From contig JAEUWC010000020.1 of the NCBI GenBank assembly GCA_016786465.1, positions 40,217-104,216 on the forward strand: 64,000 bases of DNA, written 5' to 3'. Source of the DNA: Bdellovibrionales bacterium (GTDB lineage: Bacteria; Bdellovibrionota; UBA1018). A program made the translations under genes and the position numbers. The notes under the pieces were generated by a model that searched no databases, was not told the DNA's origin, and saw only the letters and a program-made list of their open reading frames with translations. This document shows positions 23,848-33,961 of the stretch, piece by piece. Every line of letters begins with the position of its first letter. Position 1 is the stretch's first letter.

Positions 23848-24277
23848 GAACTTCCCCTTCGATTTGAAACCCTTACTAAAACCCCAAACGAATGGCAAAG
23901 GATCGGTTCTAAGAAAAGACTATATATAAATCTAGTAGTAGTAGTAGAGCCTGTGGATCGGGGAAAACACACTTAAATAGCTGATTTTAAAAATAAAAAA
24001 GGGTTGATCCGATGTGATTTGGGTCGGGCCCATTTGGGCGATAAGTCGGGGTTTTCGTCCAAATGGGCTTTTTCACATCCAAAACCACAAACCGATTTGG
24101 GATAAGTTTTCTTAAGTCGGGCTCAAATCCCCGGAAATCAAAGGAAATAAAAGGAAGCGCCCCGCATTTCCCCGAACTTATCCCCAGTTGTGGATGGATA
24201 AGCTGTGGATGGTTTTCTTTGAACACAAGCTTCCACAGATACTTATCCACAGACTGTGAATAAGTCCTAAGAACGGA
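23848..24277. other. Chromosomal replication origin oriC
   Basis: dnaA-dnaN intergenic; perfect DnaA box TTATCCACA 24243-24251; near matches TGTGAATAA 24255-24263, TTATCCCCA 24178-24186, TGTGGATGG 24189-24197 and 24204-24212, TGTGGATCG 23952-23960; AT tract 23921-23930; (TAG)5 23933-23947. Confidence 0.92.
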
Positions 24278-25816
24278 TTAAAGTTGGTTCTGAACCGCTT
24301 CGACGGCCTGACGAATGGATTCGTCGGTTTCCAAATCGCCTTCGATCTTCTTGCAAGCGTGAACGATCGTGCTGTGATCCTTGCCGCCGAAGTAATGGCC
24401 GATTTCGTTGAAGCTCAATTTTGAATACTTGCGAATCAGATACATGGCGATCTGTCGCGGCAGCGCGACTTGGCGAGCGCGTGATGTGCTTTTGAAATCC
24501 TGACTTTTGATTCCGAAATACTTTGCTACGGCCGATTGAATCGCTTCAATCGTGTAAGTCGAACCTTCCGATGGGACTAGGGACCGCAGGATTTGCTTGG
24601 CCATTTCCAGCGAAATTTCACTGCCCGTCAAAGATGCTTGGAACTGAAGTTTGACTAGGCTGCCTTCTAGTTCACGAATGCTGCTTTTGACGTAAGTCGC
24701 GATGAAAGTCGCAACATCATCCGGAAGATAAATATCGTCGCGTTCGGCCTTGGATTTCAGAATCGCAATGCGGGTTTCGATTTCTGGTGAATGAATATCT
24801 GCAACCATTCCCCATTCAAAACGGGTGCGAATCCGTTCTTCTAAGCCTTCGATTTCTTTCGGAGGACGGTCACTAGTGACCACGATTTGTCGGCGCGATG
24901 TGTGAAGTGCGTTGAAGGTGTGGAAAAATTCTTCTTCGGTTTGCTTTTTGCCGGCGATGAACTGTACGTCGTCCATCAAAATCAAATCGTAGCTGTCGCG
25001 GTACCGAGTTCTGAACTGTGACATGCGCTTGTGTTGAAGCGATTCGACCAGTTCATTCACAAAGCGTTCGGCCGAAAGATACGCGATTCGTGCCGACGGG
25101 TTTTTTTCCGCAACTTTGTTTCCAATGGCGTGAAGAAGGTGGGTCTTGCCCAAGCCAGGGGGGCTGTAAATGAACAATGGATTATAAGGATTGTACTGCG
25201 GGCGAAGCGGCTGTTCGGCGACCGCAAGTGCGGAAGCGTGGGCAAACTGGTTACTGGCCCCAACGACGAAAGAATCAAAACAGTAACGGGCGTCAACCGA
25301 TGTTGGATTTCCTGGGCTGGCCACGACTTCTGCGGCCAAGATCGAAGGCTGCGCCACCGATGCTGCCTGGGAAGCGGCCGGGGCATCCCACGAATCCAGC
25401 TTTTCCGCGCCTGCTGCGGCAGAAGAAGAACCGATGTTCTTCGATGTTTGCGCTGAATCGCCGATTTCAAACTGAATTTCGACGCGTGATCCGGCGACTT
25501 GTCCGAAGGCCAATTCTAAAGCGCTTAAAAAGTGATCGCGAACCCAGCTGGCGCTGAAAGAATTGGATGCCAGCAGCGTGACGCGGATACTTGAAGAAGA
25601 TTCTGGATGAGCGCTTGGAGTGTGTTCATACCCAATAAGTTCAAGTGGTTGAATCCAGGTGGAAAGTTGCTGTGGAACTAGGCTCGACTCTAGAATTCGA
25701 AGGACGGCCTGCCAGATATCGGAATAGGGAGAAGTGGCAGAGGGAAGTCCTTGTGTTCCATGAAAGGATTTATGTTGGGCAACAGAAGGACTTACGCTGG
25801 TGAAAGATGAATTCAA
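24278..25816 (-). CDS. dnaA: Chromosomal replication initiator DnaA
   Basis: YNPLFIY..GLGKTHL, DDVQF, EEFFHTFN, RELEG, RQIAMY, GGKDHSTI; probable TTG start 25816 with SD GGAG. Confidence 0.96.
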   Translation of the reverse strand: MNSSFTSVSPSVAQHKSFHGTQGLPSATSPYSDIWQAVLRILESSLVPQQLSTWIQPLELIGYEHTPSAHPESSSSIRVTLLASNSFSASWVRDHFLSALELAFGQVAGSRVEIQFEIGDSAQTSKNIGSSSAAAGAEKLDSWDAPAASQAASVAQPSILAAEVVASPGNPTSVDARYCFDSFVVGASNQFAHASALAVAEQPLRPQYNPYNPLFIYSPPGLGKTHLLHAIGNKVAEKNPSARIAYLSAERFVNELVESLQHKRMSQFRTRYRDSYDLILMDDVQFIAGKKQTEEEFFHTFNALHTSRRQIVVTSDRPPKEIEGLEERIRTRFEWGMVADIHSPEIETRIAILKSKAERDDIYLPDDVATFIATYVKSSIRELEGSLVKLQFQASLTGSEISLEMAKQILRSLVPSEGSTYTIEAIQSAVAKYFGIKSQDFKSTSRARQVALPRQIAMYLIRKYSKLSFNEIGHYFGGKDHSTIVHACKKIEGDLETDESIRQAVEAVQNQL

Positions 25817-25959
25817 GGTACGTCTCCAAAACTTCTTAACTGAAAGCTGGGCGGGGATAGCATGAGTCTGGATGCTTGACAACGGAACCTACCATCGTTT
25901 ACTGAATTCGGACCGAAACATTTGTAATGCTTGGCAATAAGCCTTAGGTAATACTTTTT

Positions 25960-26109
25960 ATGAAACGCACTTATCAACCCAGCCGCACCAAGAGACGCCG
26001 TCGCCATGGATTTCGTAAGCGGATGAGCACCGCGACCGGCCGTAAGGTTTTGAAAAAGCGCCGGGCCAAAGGACGCAAGCGCCTGACTGCAAAAGTTGCG
26101 GCCAAGTAA
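25960..26109 (+). CDS. rpmH: 50S ribosomal protein L34 (absent from the ORF track)
   Basis: Manual translation [49 protein letters not shown]. Confidence 0.96.
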   Translation: MKRTYQPSRTKRRRRHGFRKRMSTATGRKVLKKRRAKGRKRLTAKVAAK

Positions 26110-26494
26110 GTTCCGGCCTGAATCTAGGCTTCATTTTCCCTGGGAATATCGACGTTTTTTCGGTTCCGCCGAAATTCTCCGTCTTCCTGAAATTCTGATT
26201 TTTCGAATACCAAATCAGGCTGGTCATCCGCGTCTTGGAATGACCGTGAAAGCTTCATCCGGAGCTATCGAGCGCAACCGCGTGAAGCGAATGATTCGGG
26301 AATTTTTTCGTAAGCACCAGGAAAGCTTGGGGAGTTTCGATTACAACTTCGTCGTTCCCGGAGCGAAGCGAATTGATTTTCAGTTCAGAAGAAGGCTAGG
26401 TTCGTGCCTATCCGAAAAACTGGCGAAACGGATTGAGACCGAAAGGGTTTTCGAGAATGCGGAAAGCAAAAAAAGCCGAAAGCCAAGCCCATAG
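26096..26494 (+). CDS. rnpA: Ribonuclease P protein component
   Basis: [23 protein letters not shown] motif; synteny. Confidence 0.92.
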   Translation: MRPSKFRPESRLHFPWEYRRFFGSAEILRLPEILIFRIPNQAGHPRLGMTVKASSGAIERNRVKRMIREFFRKHQESLGSFDYNFVVPGAKRIDFQFRRRLGSCLSEKLAKRIETERVFENAESKKSRKPSP

Positions 26495-26726
26495 CCCTTT
26501 TAGGCAGGTGGGCGAACTTCTTTTGGATCTGGTTTTTGGAATCTACCGGTTGATCATTTCACCGACCATTCACCTTTTGGCCGGTGCTCAAAGCGGATGC
26601 CGATACCCCGTTTCGTGCAGTCAGTATTCAAAGGAAGCGTTCCGGGCACACGGTTTTTCCAAGGGACTGCTTCTTTCGGCAAAACGACTTTCGACCTGTC
26701 ACCCATGGGGAAAAAATTATGGATAA
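26457..26726 (+). CDS. yidD: Membrane protein insertion efficiency factor
   Basis: YRLIISP, CRYPVSCSQY, RLSTCHPWG; start uncertain. Confidence 0.88.
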   Translation: MRKAKKAESQAHSPFRQVGELLLDLVFGIYRLIISPTIHLLAGAQSGCRYPVSCSQYSKEAFRAHGFSKGLLLSAKRLSTCHPWGKNYG

Positions 26727-28365
26727 GAAGACACTGATCGCGATCACCCTAAGCTTCCTGATTTTCCTGGGCTGGCAAAAGTTAGTGATTGAACCCAGAT
26801 ACCCAAAACCTGCGCCAGCTGCAGTAGAAGCGCTCAAGGCTGATGCGAAGACCGATCCAAAAGCAGCAGCGAAAGCTGCGCCGAAGGAAGCTTCCAAAGC
26901 AGCGCAAGCCACAGCAGCTTCCCAGGGTTTTATGCCTTTTGGTGAACAGCCCAAGCAAAGCCCAGTCAGCAAGAATGTGGTTCTAAAGTCGGGTCCGGCC
27001 ACGGTTTCAAATGAAGAAAAACTGGTGAGCCATTGGAAACTAGAATCCTATCGCAAGACTCGAATGAAGGATTCAGATCCTGTGGATCTTTCTGTTTTGA
27101 ACGCCAATTCTTTTGGCGACCCTAAGCTTTCTTCCCAAGGCGAAATTGCTTTTGATGCCAAAGAATACGCGTACCTGAACAAGGTTTGGGGTCGAGTGAC
27201 CCAGACTGGACCCAACGACGCGACTTGGACTTACGAAGATGCCAAGGTGAAGCTGGTTCGCACCTGGACGGTCAATCCGCAGAATTATTTTATCCAAGGC
27301 AAGATCACCGCGGAATTTAAGGCGGATCGTCCCAACTTCCTTTTTGTTTCCTTGGAACAAACAGGCGGAAAAGACGACGAAGAAGCACAGGATCGAAATC
27401 TTTTTTACTGGGGAAAAAGCTTAGAAAAAGTCGCAGCCGCGGAATCGATGGATCTGAAAGACGTCGAAGCACCCGTAAAGTGGATTGGCGTGGGAAGCCG
27501 CTATTTCATGATGGCGTTGATCCCCGACGCCGGCGCACCTGAAGCCAAGGGTTTGATTCAGCCGCTAGGACCGTGGAAGGCACGCACCAGCCTGGTTTTT
27601 CCAATGACTTCGAACAAGATCGAAGTCCCGATGAAGATTTTCTTTGGACCTAAGGATCTTTCAGTCCTTCGTTCTGTCGACGCGACTTTGGATCACACGG
27701 TCGATTTTGGATGGTTCACGGTTTTCGCGTACCCGATGTTGGAACTGATGAAGTTTCTGAACGTCTATTTGAAAAATTGGGGATTAGCGATCATCGTTCT
27801 GACCCTTTTGATCAAAATCGTGACTTATCCTTTGAATTACAAAAGCCTGAAAAGCGCGAAAGAAATGCAAAAGATTCAGCCCGAAATCAATCGGCTGAAG
27901 GAACGTTACGGCGACAACAAGGAAGCCCTGAATCGCGAAATGCTGACCCTGATGAAGACCCATGGGTACAATCCAGCGGCGGGGTGCCTTCCGATTTTGA
28001 TTCAAATGCCCGTGTTTTTCGCCCTTTATCGGGTCCTTTATAGTTCGATTGAATTGTATCAGGCGCCGTTTGCGTTTTGGATTCACGATCTGTCGGCAAA
28101 AGACCCGTACTACGTGACCCCGGTGCTCTTGACCGCCGTGATGTTCGTTCAGCAAAAGCTGACGCCAAGTACTGCAACGGATCCAATGCAGGCGAAAATG
28201 CTTCAGTACATGCCGGTGATTTTCGGCTTCTTCATGATTTCACTTCCCAGCGGTCTGACGCTTTACATGCTGGTCAACGCCTTGGCCAGTATCGCTCAGC
28301 AAGCGATTTTGAATAGGAAGTTTGCCAATGAAGGACCTCGCCCGGCCGTCATCACCGTCAAATAA
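26719..28365 (+). CDS. yidC: Membrane protein insertase YidC
   Basis: VDFGWF, NWGLAII, GCLPILIQMPVF, WIHDLSAKDPYY; start ATG 26719. Confidence 0.96.
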   Translation: MDKKTLIAITLSFLIFLGWQKLVIEPRYPKPAPAAVEALKADAKTDPKAAAKAAPKEASKAAQATAASQGFMPFGEQPKQSPVSKNVVLKSGPATVSNEEKLVSHWKLESYRKTRMKDSDPVDLSVLNANSFGDPKLSSQGEIAFDAKEYAYLNKVWGRVTQTGPNDATWTYEDAKVKLVRTWTVNPQNYFIQGKITAEFKADRPNFLFVSLEQTGGKDDEEAQDRNLFYWGKSLEKVAAAESMDLKDVEAPVKWIGVGSRYFMMALIPDAGAPEAKGLIQPLGPWKARTSLVFPMTSNKIEVPMKIFFGPKDLSVLRSVDATLDHTVDFGWFTVFAYPMLELMKFLNVYLKNWGLAIIVLTLLIKIVTYPLNYKSLKSAKEMQKIQPEINRLKERYGDNKEALNREMLTLMKTHGYNPAAGCLPILIQMPVFFALYRVLYSSIELYQAPFAFWIHDLSAKDPYYVTPVLLTAVMFVQQKLTPSTATDPMQAKMLQYMPVIFGFFMISLPSGLTLYMLVNALASIAQQAILNRKFANEGPRPAVITVK

Positions 28366-29812
28366 GGCGGGACCGGCGACCTATTATTCAGAAGACACGA
28401 TCGCGGCACTTTCTAGTGCGGTGGGCGGTGCCATTTCGATCGTGCGGCTTTCGGGCAAGGATTCGCTGAAGGTTTTGGGTCAAATCGTGGCGAATGGCGA
28501 TACGGCTGGATTGATCGCAGGGCCCAGAACGGCTAAGCGCCTGCTTTTGAAAAAGGGCCAGCAGAAACTAGACGACGCGGTTGGGATCTATTTCAAATCA
28601 CCCGCCAGTTACACCGGTGAAGACGTCATTGAGCTTCACCTTCACGGAAGTGCCTTTGTTGCAAGTCAGGTCCTGGAAGCCCTTTTTGAAGGCGGTGCGC
28701 GGCCGGCGCTTCGCGGTGAATTTAGCTTTCGTGCCGTAAAAAATGGAAAGATGACGGTTTCCCAGGCTCAGGCCGTTTCGGATCTGATCACTTCGTCGAA
28801 TTCCGAGGCCGTGTCCCTGGCGCTGGATAAAATGGAAGACACACAGGCCCGATGGATCTTGCAGCTGGCCGAAGATATCCGGCAGCTGGCAGCGCTTTCT
28901 GAAATCGGGATCGACTTTGCGGATCAAGACGTCGACGAAGTCAGCCTTCCGAATTTAAAAAGAAAAGCCGGTGAAATTCTGACTCGGGTCGAAAAGATCG
29001 CGGCGGGTTTTGAAAGGGGAAATCGAATTCAAGAAGGGGTGAAGTGTTCGCTGGTGGGTCTTCCGAATGCCGGAAAATCCAGCCTATTTAACGCTCTTTT
29101 AGGAGAAGACCGAGCCATCGTTTCAGAAATTGCCGGAACCACGCGCGACGTTCTTCGTGAACGTCTGACCTTGCGTGGATCCAAGGGACAGTCGGTGACT
29201 TTCCGATTTTCTGACACTGCGGGCCTGAGAAATTCATCGGATACAGGGGATCGTATTGAAAGAATCGGGATCGAAAGAACGCAGAAGGCGATCCAGGATT
29301 CGGATCTGGTACTTTTTGCGGTGGATCTTTCAGAAAATTCAGAATCAGCGCGTCGGGCAGTTCGTGAACAATGGGACAGAATGGGTCTAGATTCGGTTAC
29401 CGGCGCCGGGCGTAAGCCGGTGATTGGAATATTGACCAAGCTCGATCTTTTGGAACCCCAAGCAGTGGCCCAACGTAAGCAAGCGTGGGAAAAGGAAGGT
29501 TTGGCTCAGACCTGGTTTACCGTGTCTTCAACCCGGCTAGAAGGTCTAGAAGAACTGACCACCGCCATTGCCGATTTAGCCACTCAGTGGGTTCGGCGGG
29601 ATCTGGGCGAAGTCCTTTTGACCCGCCTGGAACAGAAGCAAGCGATGGATCTTGCAGCCGAAGACTTGAAGCGCGGCATAAATGCTCCCGAAATCGACCT
29701 TTTTGCGTCCGATCTGAAGCAGGCGATCCATCATCTGGCACCCCTGATTGGGTCCACCACGGCGGATGACGTGCTGGACCGCATCTTTTCGCAGTTCTGC
29801 ATTGGAAAGTGA
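28328..29812 (+). CDS. mnmE: tRNA modification GTPase MnmE
   Basis: DTIAALS, SYTGEDV, GLPNAGKSS, GTTRD, DTAG, FCIGK. Confidence 0.95.
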   Translation: MKDLARPSSPSNKAGPATYYSEDTIAALSSAVGGAISIVRLSGKDSLKVLGQIVANGDTAGLIAGPRTAKRLLLKKGQQKLDDAVGIYFKSPASYTGEDVIELHLHGSAFVASQVLEALFEGGARPALRGEFSFRAVKNGKMTVSQAQAVSDLITSSNSEAVSLALDKMEDTQARWILQLAEDIRQLAALSEIGIDFADQDVDEVSLPNLKRKAGEILTRVEKIAAGFERGNRIQEGVKCSLVGLPNAGKSSLFNALLGEDRAIVSEIAGTTRDVLRERLTLRGSKGQSVTFRFSDTAGLRNSSDTGDRIERIGIERTQKAIQDSDLVLFAVDLSENSESARRAVREQWDRMGLDSVTGAGRKPVIGILTKLDLLEPQAVAQRKQAWEKEGLAQTWFTVSSTRLEGLEELTTAIADLATQWVRRDLGEVLLTRLEQKQAMDLAAEDLKRGINAPEIDLFASDLKQAIHHLAPLIGSTTADDVLDRIFSQFCIGK

Positions 29813-29839
29813 CCCCATTTCGATTTAATCCTGACTGAT

Positions 29840-30724
29840 ATGTCAGATCAGGCGTTTTCCTTGGATGAAGTGAAAGTCATTGGTGTTTTGGGTGCCGGGC
29901 AAATGGGCGGAGGAATTGCTCAGACGGCCGCGCAGTCCGGGTTTCACGTGCTGTTGGCCGATGCGTCGCTTGCGCACGCCGAAGGTGGAAAGGCCAAGAT
30001 TCAAAAGGGACTTTCGAAGCTGGTAGAAAAAGGGAAGCTAACCCAGGCGCAAGTTTCGGAAATCCTAGAAAAGATTCAACCTGTCGCGGACCTTTCTGCA
30101 TTTTCGAAAGCTCAGCTGGTGGTGGAAGCCGTCACCGAAAAAAAGGATCTGAAGTTCAAGCTTTTCAAAGAGCTCAGTGAAAAGTGCGGTCCGCGAACTT
30201 TGCTGGCGACCAATACTTCTTCCATCAGCATCACTGAAATTGCCGCGCAGACGGCACGCCCACACTTGGTTGCTGGAATGCACTTTATGAATCCAGTGCC
30301 GGTCATGAAACTGGTTGAAGGGATTAAAGCCATTCAGACGGACCCGGCTGTTTTTAAAACCATCCGGGGTGTTGCTGAAAAAATGGGAAAAACTTTTGTT
30401 GAAGCCCGCGACATTCCGGGTTTTGCGGTGAATCGAATCCTGATGCCGATGATTAATGAAGCGGTTCAGGCTTTGTACGAAGGAATCGCTTCGGTTGAAG
30501 ATATCGATACCGCAATGAAACTGGGAACCAACCAACCCATGGGCCCACTGACTTTGGCGGACTTCATCGGGTTGGATACCTGCCTTTCGATTATGGAAGT
30601 CCTTCACGAAGGATTGGGCGATTCAAAGTACCGTCCCTCGCCCCTGCTTCGCCAATACGTTTTGGCGGGCTGGCTAGGTAAGAAATCGGGACGCGGCTTT
30701 TATAAATACGAGGAAAACCGATGA
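29840..30724 (+). CDS. hbd: 3-hydroxybutyryl-CoA dehydrogenase
   Basis: GAGQMGGGIA, TNTSSISIT, GMHFMNP, PGFAVNR, PMGPL. Confidence 0.9.
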   Translation: MSDQAFSLDEVKVIGVLGAGQMGGGIAQTAAQSGFHVLLADASLAHAEGGKAKIQKGLSKLVEKGKLTQAQVSEILEKIQPVADLSAFSKAQLVVEAVTEKKDLKFKLFKELSEKCGPRTLLATNTSSISITEIAAQTARPHLVAGMHFMNPVPVMKLVEGIKAIQTDPAVFKTIRGVAEKMGKTFVEARDIPGFAVNRILMPMINEAVQALYEGIASVEDIDTAMKLGTNQPMGPLTLADFIGLDTCLSIMEVLHEGLGDSKYRPSPLLRQYVLAGWLGKKSGRGFYKYEENR

Positions 30725-31875
30725 TCAACCGCTGGCCGGAAACGGACGAATCCAAACAACTTTTGATCGACCAGGTGAAGTCTTTCGCCCAGAAGGTCAT
30801 CGCACCCAAGGCTAAGGAACTGGACGAAACCGGACGCTTTCCGACGGAAATCGTCGCGCAGCTTTCTGAAATGGGGCTGATGGGAATGATGGTGCCCGAA
30901 GAATTTGGCGGATCCGGTATGGATACGGTTTCGTACGCCATGGCGATGGAAGAAGTTGCAGCCGCCTGCGCATCGACGGCCGTTGTGATGTCCGTGAACA
31001 ATTCCTTGGTTTGTGGCCCGATTTCCTACTTTGGCAATGAAGCCCAGAAAAAGAAGTGGCTGGTCCCTTTGGCCCAAGGAAAGAAACTGGGCTGCTTTGC
31101 GCTTTCAGAACCCGGAGCCGGTTCTGACCCCGGCGGCCTTCGCTGCCACGCTAAAAAAGTGGACGGCGGATATTCCGTTAAAGGGACCAAGAACTGGATC
31201 ACAAATGGAAAAGAAGCCGATGTCTGCGTTCTTTTTGCAACCACAGATCCAACGAAAGGCAGCAAAGGCATCAGCGCATTCATCGTCGACACAAAATCCA
31301 AAGGGTTTCAGGTCGCGAAGCTTGAAGACAAGCTGGGCATCAATGCTTCTTCGACGGCGCAATTGTTTTTTGATGATGTCTTTGTTCCCGCCGATTGCTT
31401 GTTGGGGGAAGAAGGTCAAGGCCTGAAGATCGCGCTGCACACTTTGGATGGCGGCCGAATCGGCATCGCCGCCCAAGCACTGGGTATTGCCAAGTGCGCG
31501 CTTGAAGCGTCCAAGAAATTTGCGCAGGAACGTGAACAGTTCGGAGCACCGATCGCAAAGCTTCAGGCCATTCAGTGGCACATCGCCGATATGGCAACCC
31601 GCCTTCATGCAGCACGGCTTTTGACCTGGAACGCGGCACGAAATAAAGACCTTGGATTGAAGTACACCCAAGAAGCAGCGATGGCGAAGTTGTCGGCATC
31701 CGAATCGGCAATGTGGATTGCCACAAAAGCCATTCAGGTTCACGGTGGTTATGGCTACACGAAAGAATACGTGGTCGAACGTAACTTTCGCGACGCGAAG
31801 ATCACTGAAATCTATGAAGGAACGTCTGAAATTCAACGTTTGGTCATTGCCGCACAGGAATTTGCGCAAAGGTAA
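30721..31875 (+). CDS. Short/branched-chain acyl-CoA dehydrogenase
   Basis: FALSEPGAGSD, GTKNWITNG, GGRIGIAAQ, HGGYGY, IYEGTSEIQR. Confidence 0.92.
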   Translation: MINRWPETDESKQLLIDQVKSFAQKVIAPKAKELDETGRFPTEIVAQLSEMGLMGMMVPEEFGGSGMDTVSYAMAMEEVAAACASTAVVMSVNNSLVCGPISYFGNEAQKKKWLVPLAQGKKLGCFALSEPGAGSDPGGLRCHAKKVDGGYSVKGTKNWITNGKEADVCVLFATTDPTKGSKGISAFIVDTKSKGFQVAKLEDKLGINASSTAQLFFDDVFVPADCLLGEEGQGLKIALHTLDGGRIGIAAQALGIAKCALEASKKFAQEREQFGAPIAKLQAIQWHIADMATRLHAARLLTWNAARNKDLGLKYTQEAAMAKLSASESAMWIATKAIQVHGGYGYTKEYVVERNFRDAKITEIYEGTSEIQRLVIAAQEFAQR

Positions 31876-31881
31876 TTCGCT

Positions 31882-33552
31882 ATGATGGAAGAAGTAAAAA
31901 AAGCACGGCGAGACTGGGAAAAGCGTCTTGAAGAAACGAAGAAGAAGTTTCCCGAAAGAAACGCACGCTTCACAACCTGGAGCGACCTGGATGTCCCGCT
32001 GCTTTGCACCCCGGATGATCTAGAAAAGGAAGGGTTTGATTACCTGAGGGACCTGGGTCTTCCTGGCGAGTATCCTTATACTCGAGGTGTTCAGCGTAAT
32101 TTGTATCGAGGAAAGCTTTGGACCATGCGGCAGTTCGCAGGTTTTTCAAGCGCCAGCGAAACCAACAAGCGCTTCAAGCTTCTATTGGCCAACGGCCAAA
32201 CGGGGCTTTCAACGGCATTCGATATGCCGACTTTGATGGGTTACGACGCAGATTCTCCGCGCGGAAAAGGGGAAGTCGGAAAATGCGGTGTTTCTGTTTC
32301 TTCGCTTGAAGACATGGAAGACCTGTTTGCGGGGATTCCGCTAGGGGAAGTCACCACATCCATGACCATCAACGGTCCGGCAATTGTGGTTTTGGCCATG
32401 TATCTAGCGGTGGCTGAAAAACAAGGCGTACCCAAGCATCAGGTCAAGGGCACGCTTCAAAATGATATTCTGAAGGAATACATCGCTCAAAAGGAATGGC
32501 TTTTCCCAATTCCAGCAGCGGTGAAGCTTGTCACTGACACCATCGAATACGGAACCAAGAATTATCCGAATTGGAACACGGTCAGCATCAGCGGCTATCA
32601 CATTCGGGAAGCAGGGGCGACGGCGGTTCAGGAACTGGCCTTTACACTGGCTGACGGCTTGGCCTATGTGGATGATTGCTTAAAGCGCGGAATGAAGATC
32701 GACGACTTTGCCCCGCGCCTTTCTTTTTTCTTTGATGTTCACAACGACTTTTTTGAAGAAATCGCGAAGTTTCGTGCCGCACGCCGAATCTGGGCTCGTT
32801 TGATGCGCGAACGCTATCAAGCAAAAGACCCAAAATCTTGGATGCTTCGAACCCACGCACAAACGGCCGGGGTTTCTTTGACCGCGCAGCAACCTTACAA
32901 CAACATCGTTCGCGTCGCAGTTCAGGCATTGGCCGGGATTTTGGGCGGTACGAATTCACTGCACACCAACAGCATGGACGAAACTCTGGCGCTTCCAACG
33001 GACGAATCCGTGATGATTGCGCTTCGTACCCAGCAGATCATCGCCGAAGAAAGCGGTGTCGCAAACGTGGTGGATCCGTTAGGCGGTTCGTATTTCGTAG
33101 AACATCTGACAAATCGGGTTGAACGCGAAGCCTTGGACTATATCCGCAAGATCGATGAAATGGGCGGAATGGTGAAGGCCATTGAAAACGGGTTTCCACA
33201 GGCGGAGATCGCGAACAGCGCGTACCACTTTCAGCGTTTGCTTGAAACAAAGGACAAGGTCATGGTGGGTGTCAACCGTTACCAGGCCGAAGAAAAGAAG
33301 CGCGCGATCGATACTCTTTACATTGATCGTTCGGTGGAAAAGCGTCAGGTTGAAAAGTTGATCGCACTTCGGAAGAAAAGAAATGATGCCGAATTTCAAG
33401 CATCAATTCGTCGGGTGAAGGAAGCGGCCCAAGCCGGACAGAACCTTTGCGAACCGATCATCGGCGCGGTGAAAAGCTACGCAACACTACAGGAAGTCTG
33501 TGACACTCTTCGCGGAGTTTACGGAATCTACACTGAATCGGGGAGTTTCTAA
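31882..33552 (+). CDS. icmA: B12-dependent acyl-CoA mutase large subunit, isobutyryl-CoA mutase type
   Basis: PYTRG, WTMRQFAGF, QNDILKEYIAQKEW, SISGYH, SLHTNSMDE; no fused B12 domain. Confidence 0.75.
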   Translation: MMEEVKKARRDWEKRLEETKKKFPERNARFTTWSDLDVPLLCTPDDLEKEGFDYLRDLGLPGEYPYTRGVQRNLYRGKLWTMRQFAGFSSASETNKRFKLLLANGQTGLSTAFDMPTLMGYDADSPRGKGEVGKCGVSVSSLEDMEDLFAGIPLGEVTTSMTINGPAIVVLAMYLAVAEKQGVPKHQVKGTLQNDILKEYIAQKEWLFPIPAAVKLVTDTIEYGTKNYPNWNTVSISGYHIREAGATAVQELAFTLADGLAYVDDCLKRGMKIDDFAPRLSFFFDVHNDFFEEIAKFRAARRIWARLMRERYQAKDPKSWMLRTHAQTAGVSLTAQQPYNNIVRVAVQALAGILGGTNSLHTNSMDETLALPTDESVMIALRTQQIIAEESGVANVVDPLGGSYFVEHLTNRVEREALDYIRKIDEMGGMVKAIENGFPQAEIANSAYHFQRLLETKDKVMVGVNRYQAEEKKRAIDTLYIDRSVEKRQVEKLIALRKKRNDAEFQASIRRVKEAAQAGQNLCEPIIGAVKSYATLQEVCDTLRGVYGIYTESGSF

Positions 33553-33959
33553 TGTCAGCGGAAAACAGCAAGATCAGGGTATTGATCGCCAAGCCAGGAC
33601 TAGATGGTCACGATCGCGGTGCAAAGGTGATTGCTCGGGCGTTACGCGATGCGGGATTTGAAGTCGTTTACACAGGTCTTCATCAAACACCCGAAATGGT
33701 GATTCATGCGGCAATTGAAGAAGACGTCCATGTCGTGGGTCTAAGTATCCTCTCAGGGGCGCACAACGCGCTGGTTCCTGAAATTGTGGAAGGGATCAAG
33801 AAGGCCGGAATGGATGATGTTCTTTTTCTGGTGGGAGGAATCATCCCTGACGAAGACTTTGATCTATTAAAGAAGGCCGGAGTTCAGTGTGTTTTCACCC
33901 CCGGCACCAGTCTAACAGAAGTTGTCGATTACGTTCGTCAGAACGCCCCGAGGCGGTGA
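33552..33959 (+). CDS. icmB: Cobalamin-binding small subunit of acyl-CoA mutase
   Basis: KPGLDGHDRG, GLSILSGAH, VGGIIP, FTPGT; TAATG coupling. Confidence 0.8.
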   Translation: MSAENSKIRVLIAKPGLDGHDRGAKVIARALRDAGFEVVYTGLHQTPEMVIHAAIEEDVHVVGLSILSGAHNALVPEIVEGIKKAGMDDVLFLVGGIIPDEDFDLLKKAGVQCVFTPGTSLTEVVDYVRQNAPRR

Positions 33960-33961
33960 TT

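Noticed and set aside
23933-23947. (TAG)5 as a microsatellite or contingency locus
   Set aside because: Better explained as DnaA-trios in oriC
23987-24263. Small ORFs inside the dnaA-dnaN gap
   Set aside because: They overlap the DnaA box array and show no coding features
25142-25168. DnaA Walker A starting with Ser (SPPGLGKT)
   Set aside because: The first position varies naturally among DnaA proteins and GKT is intact
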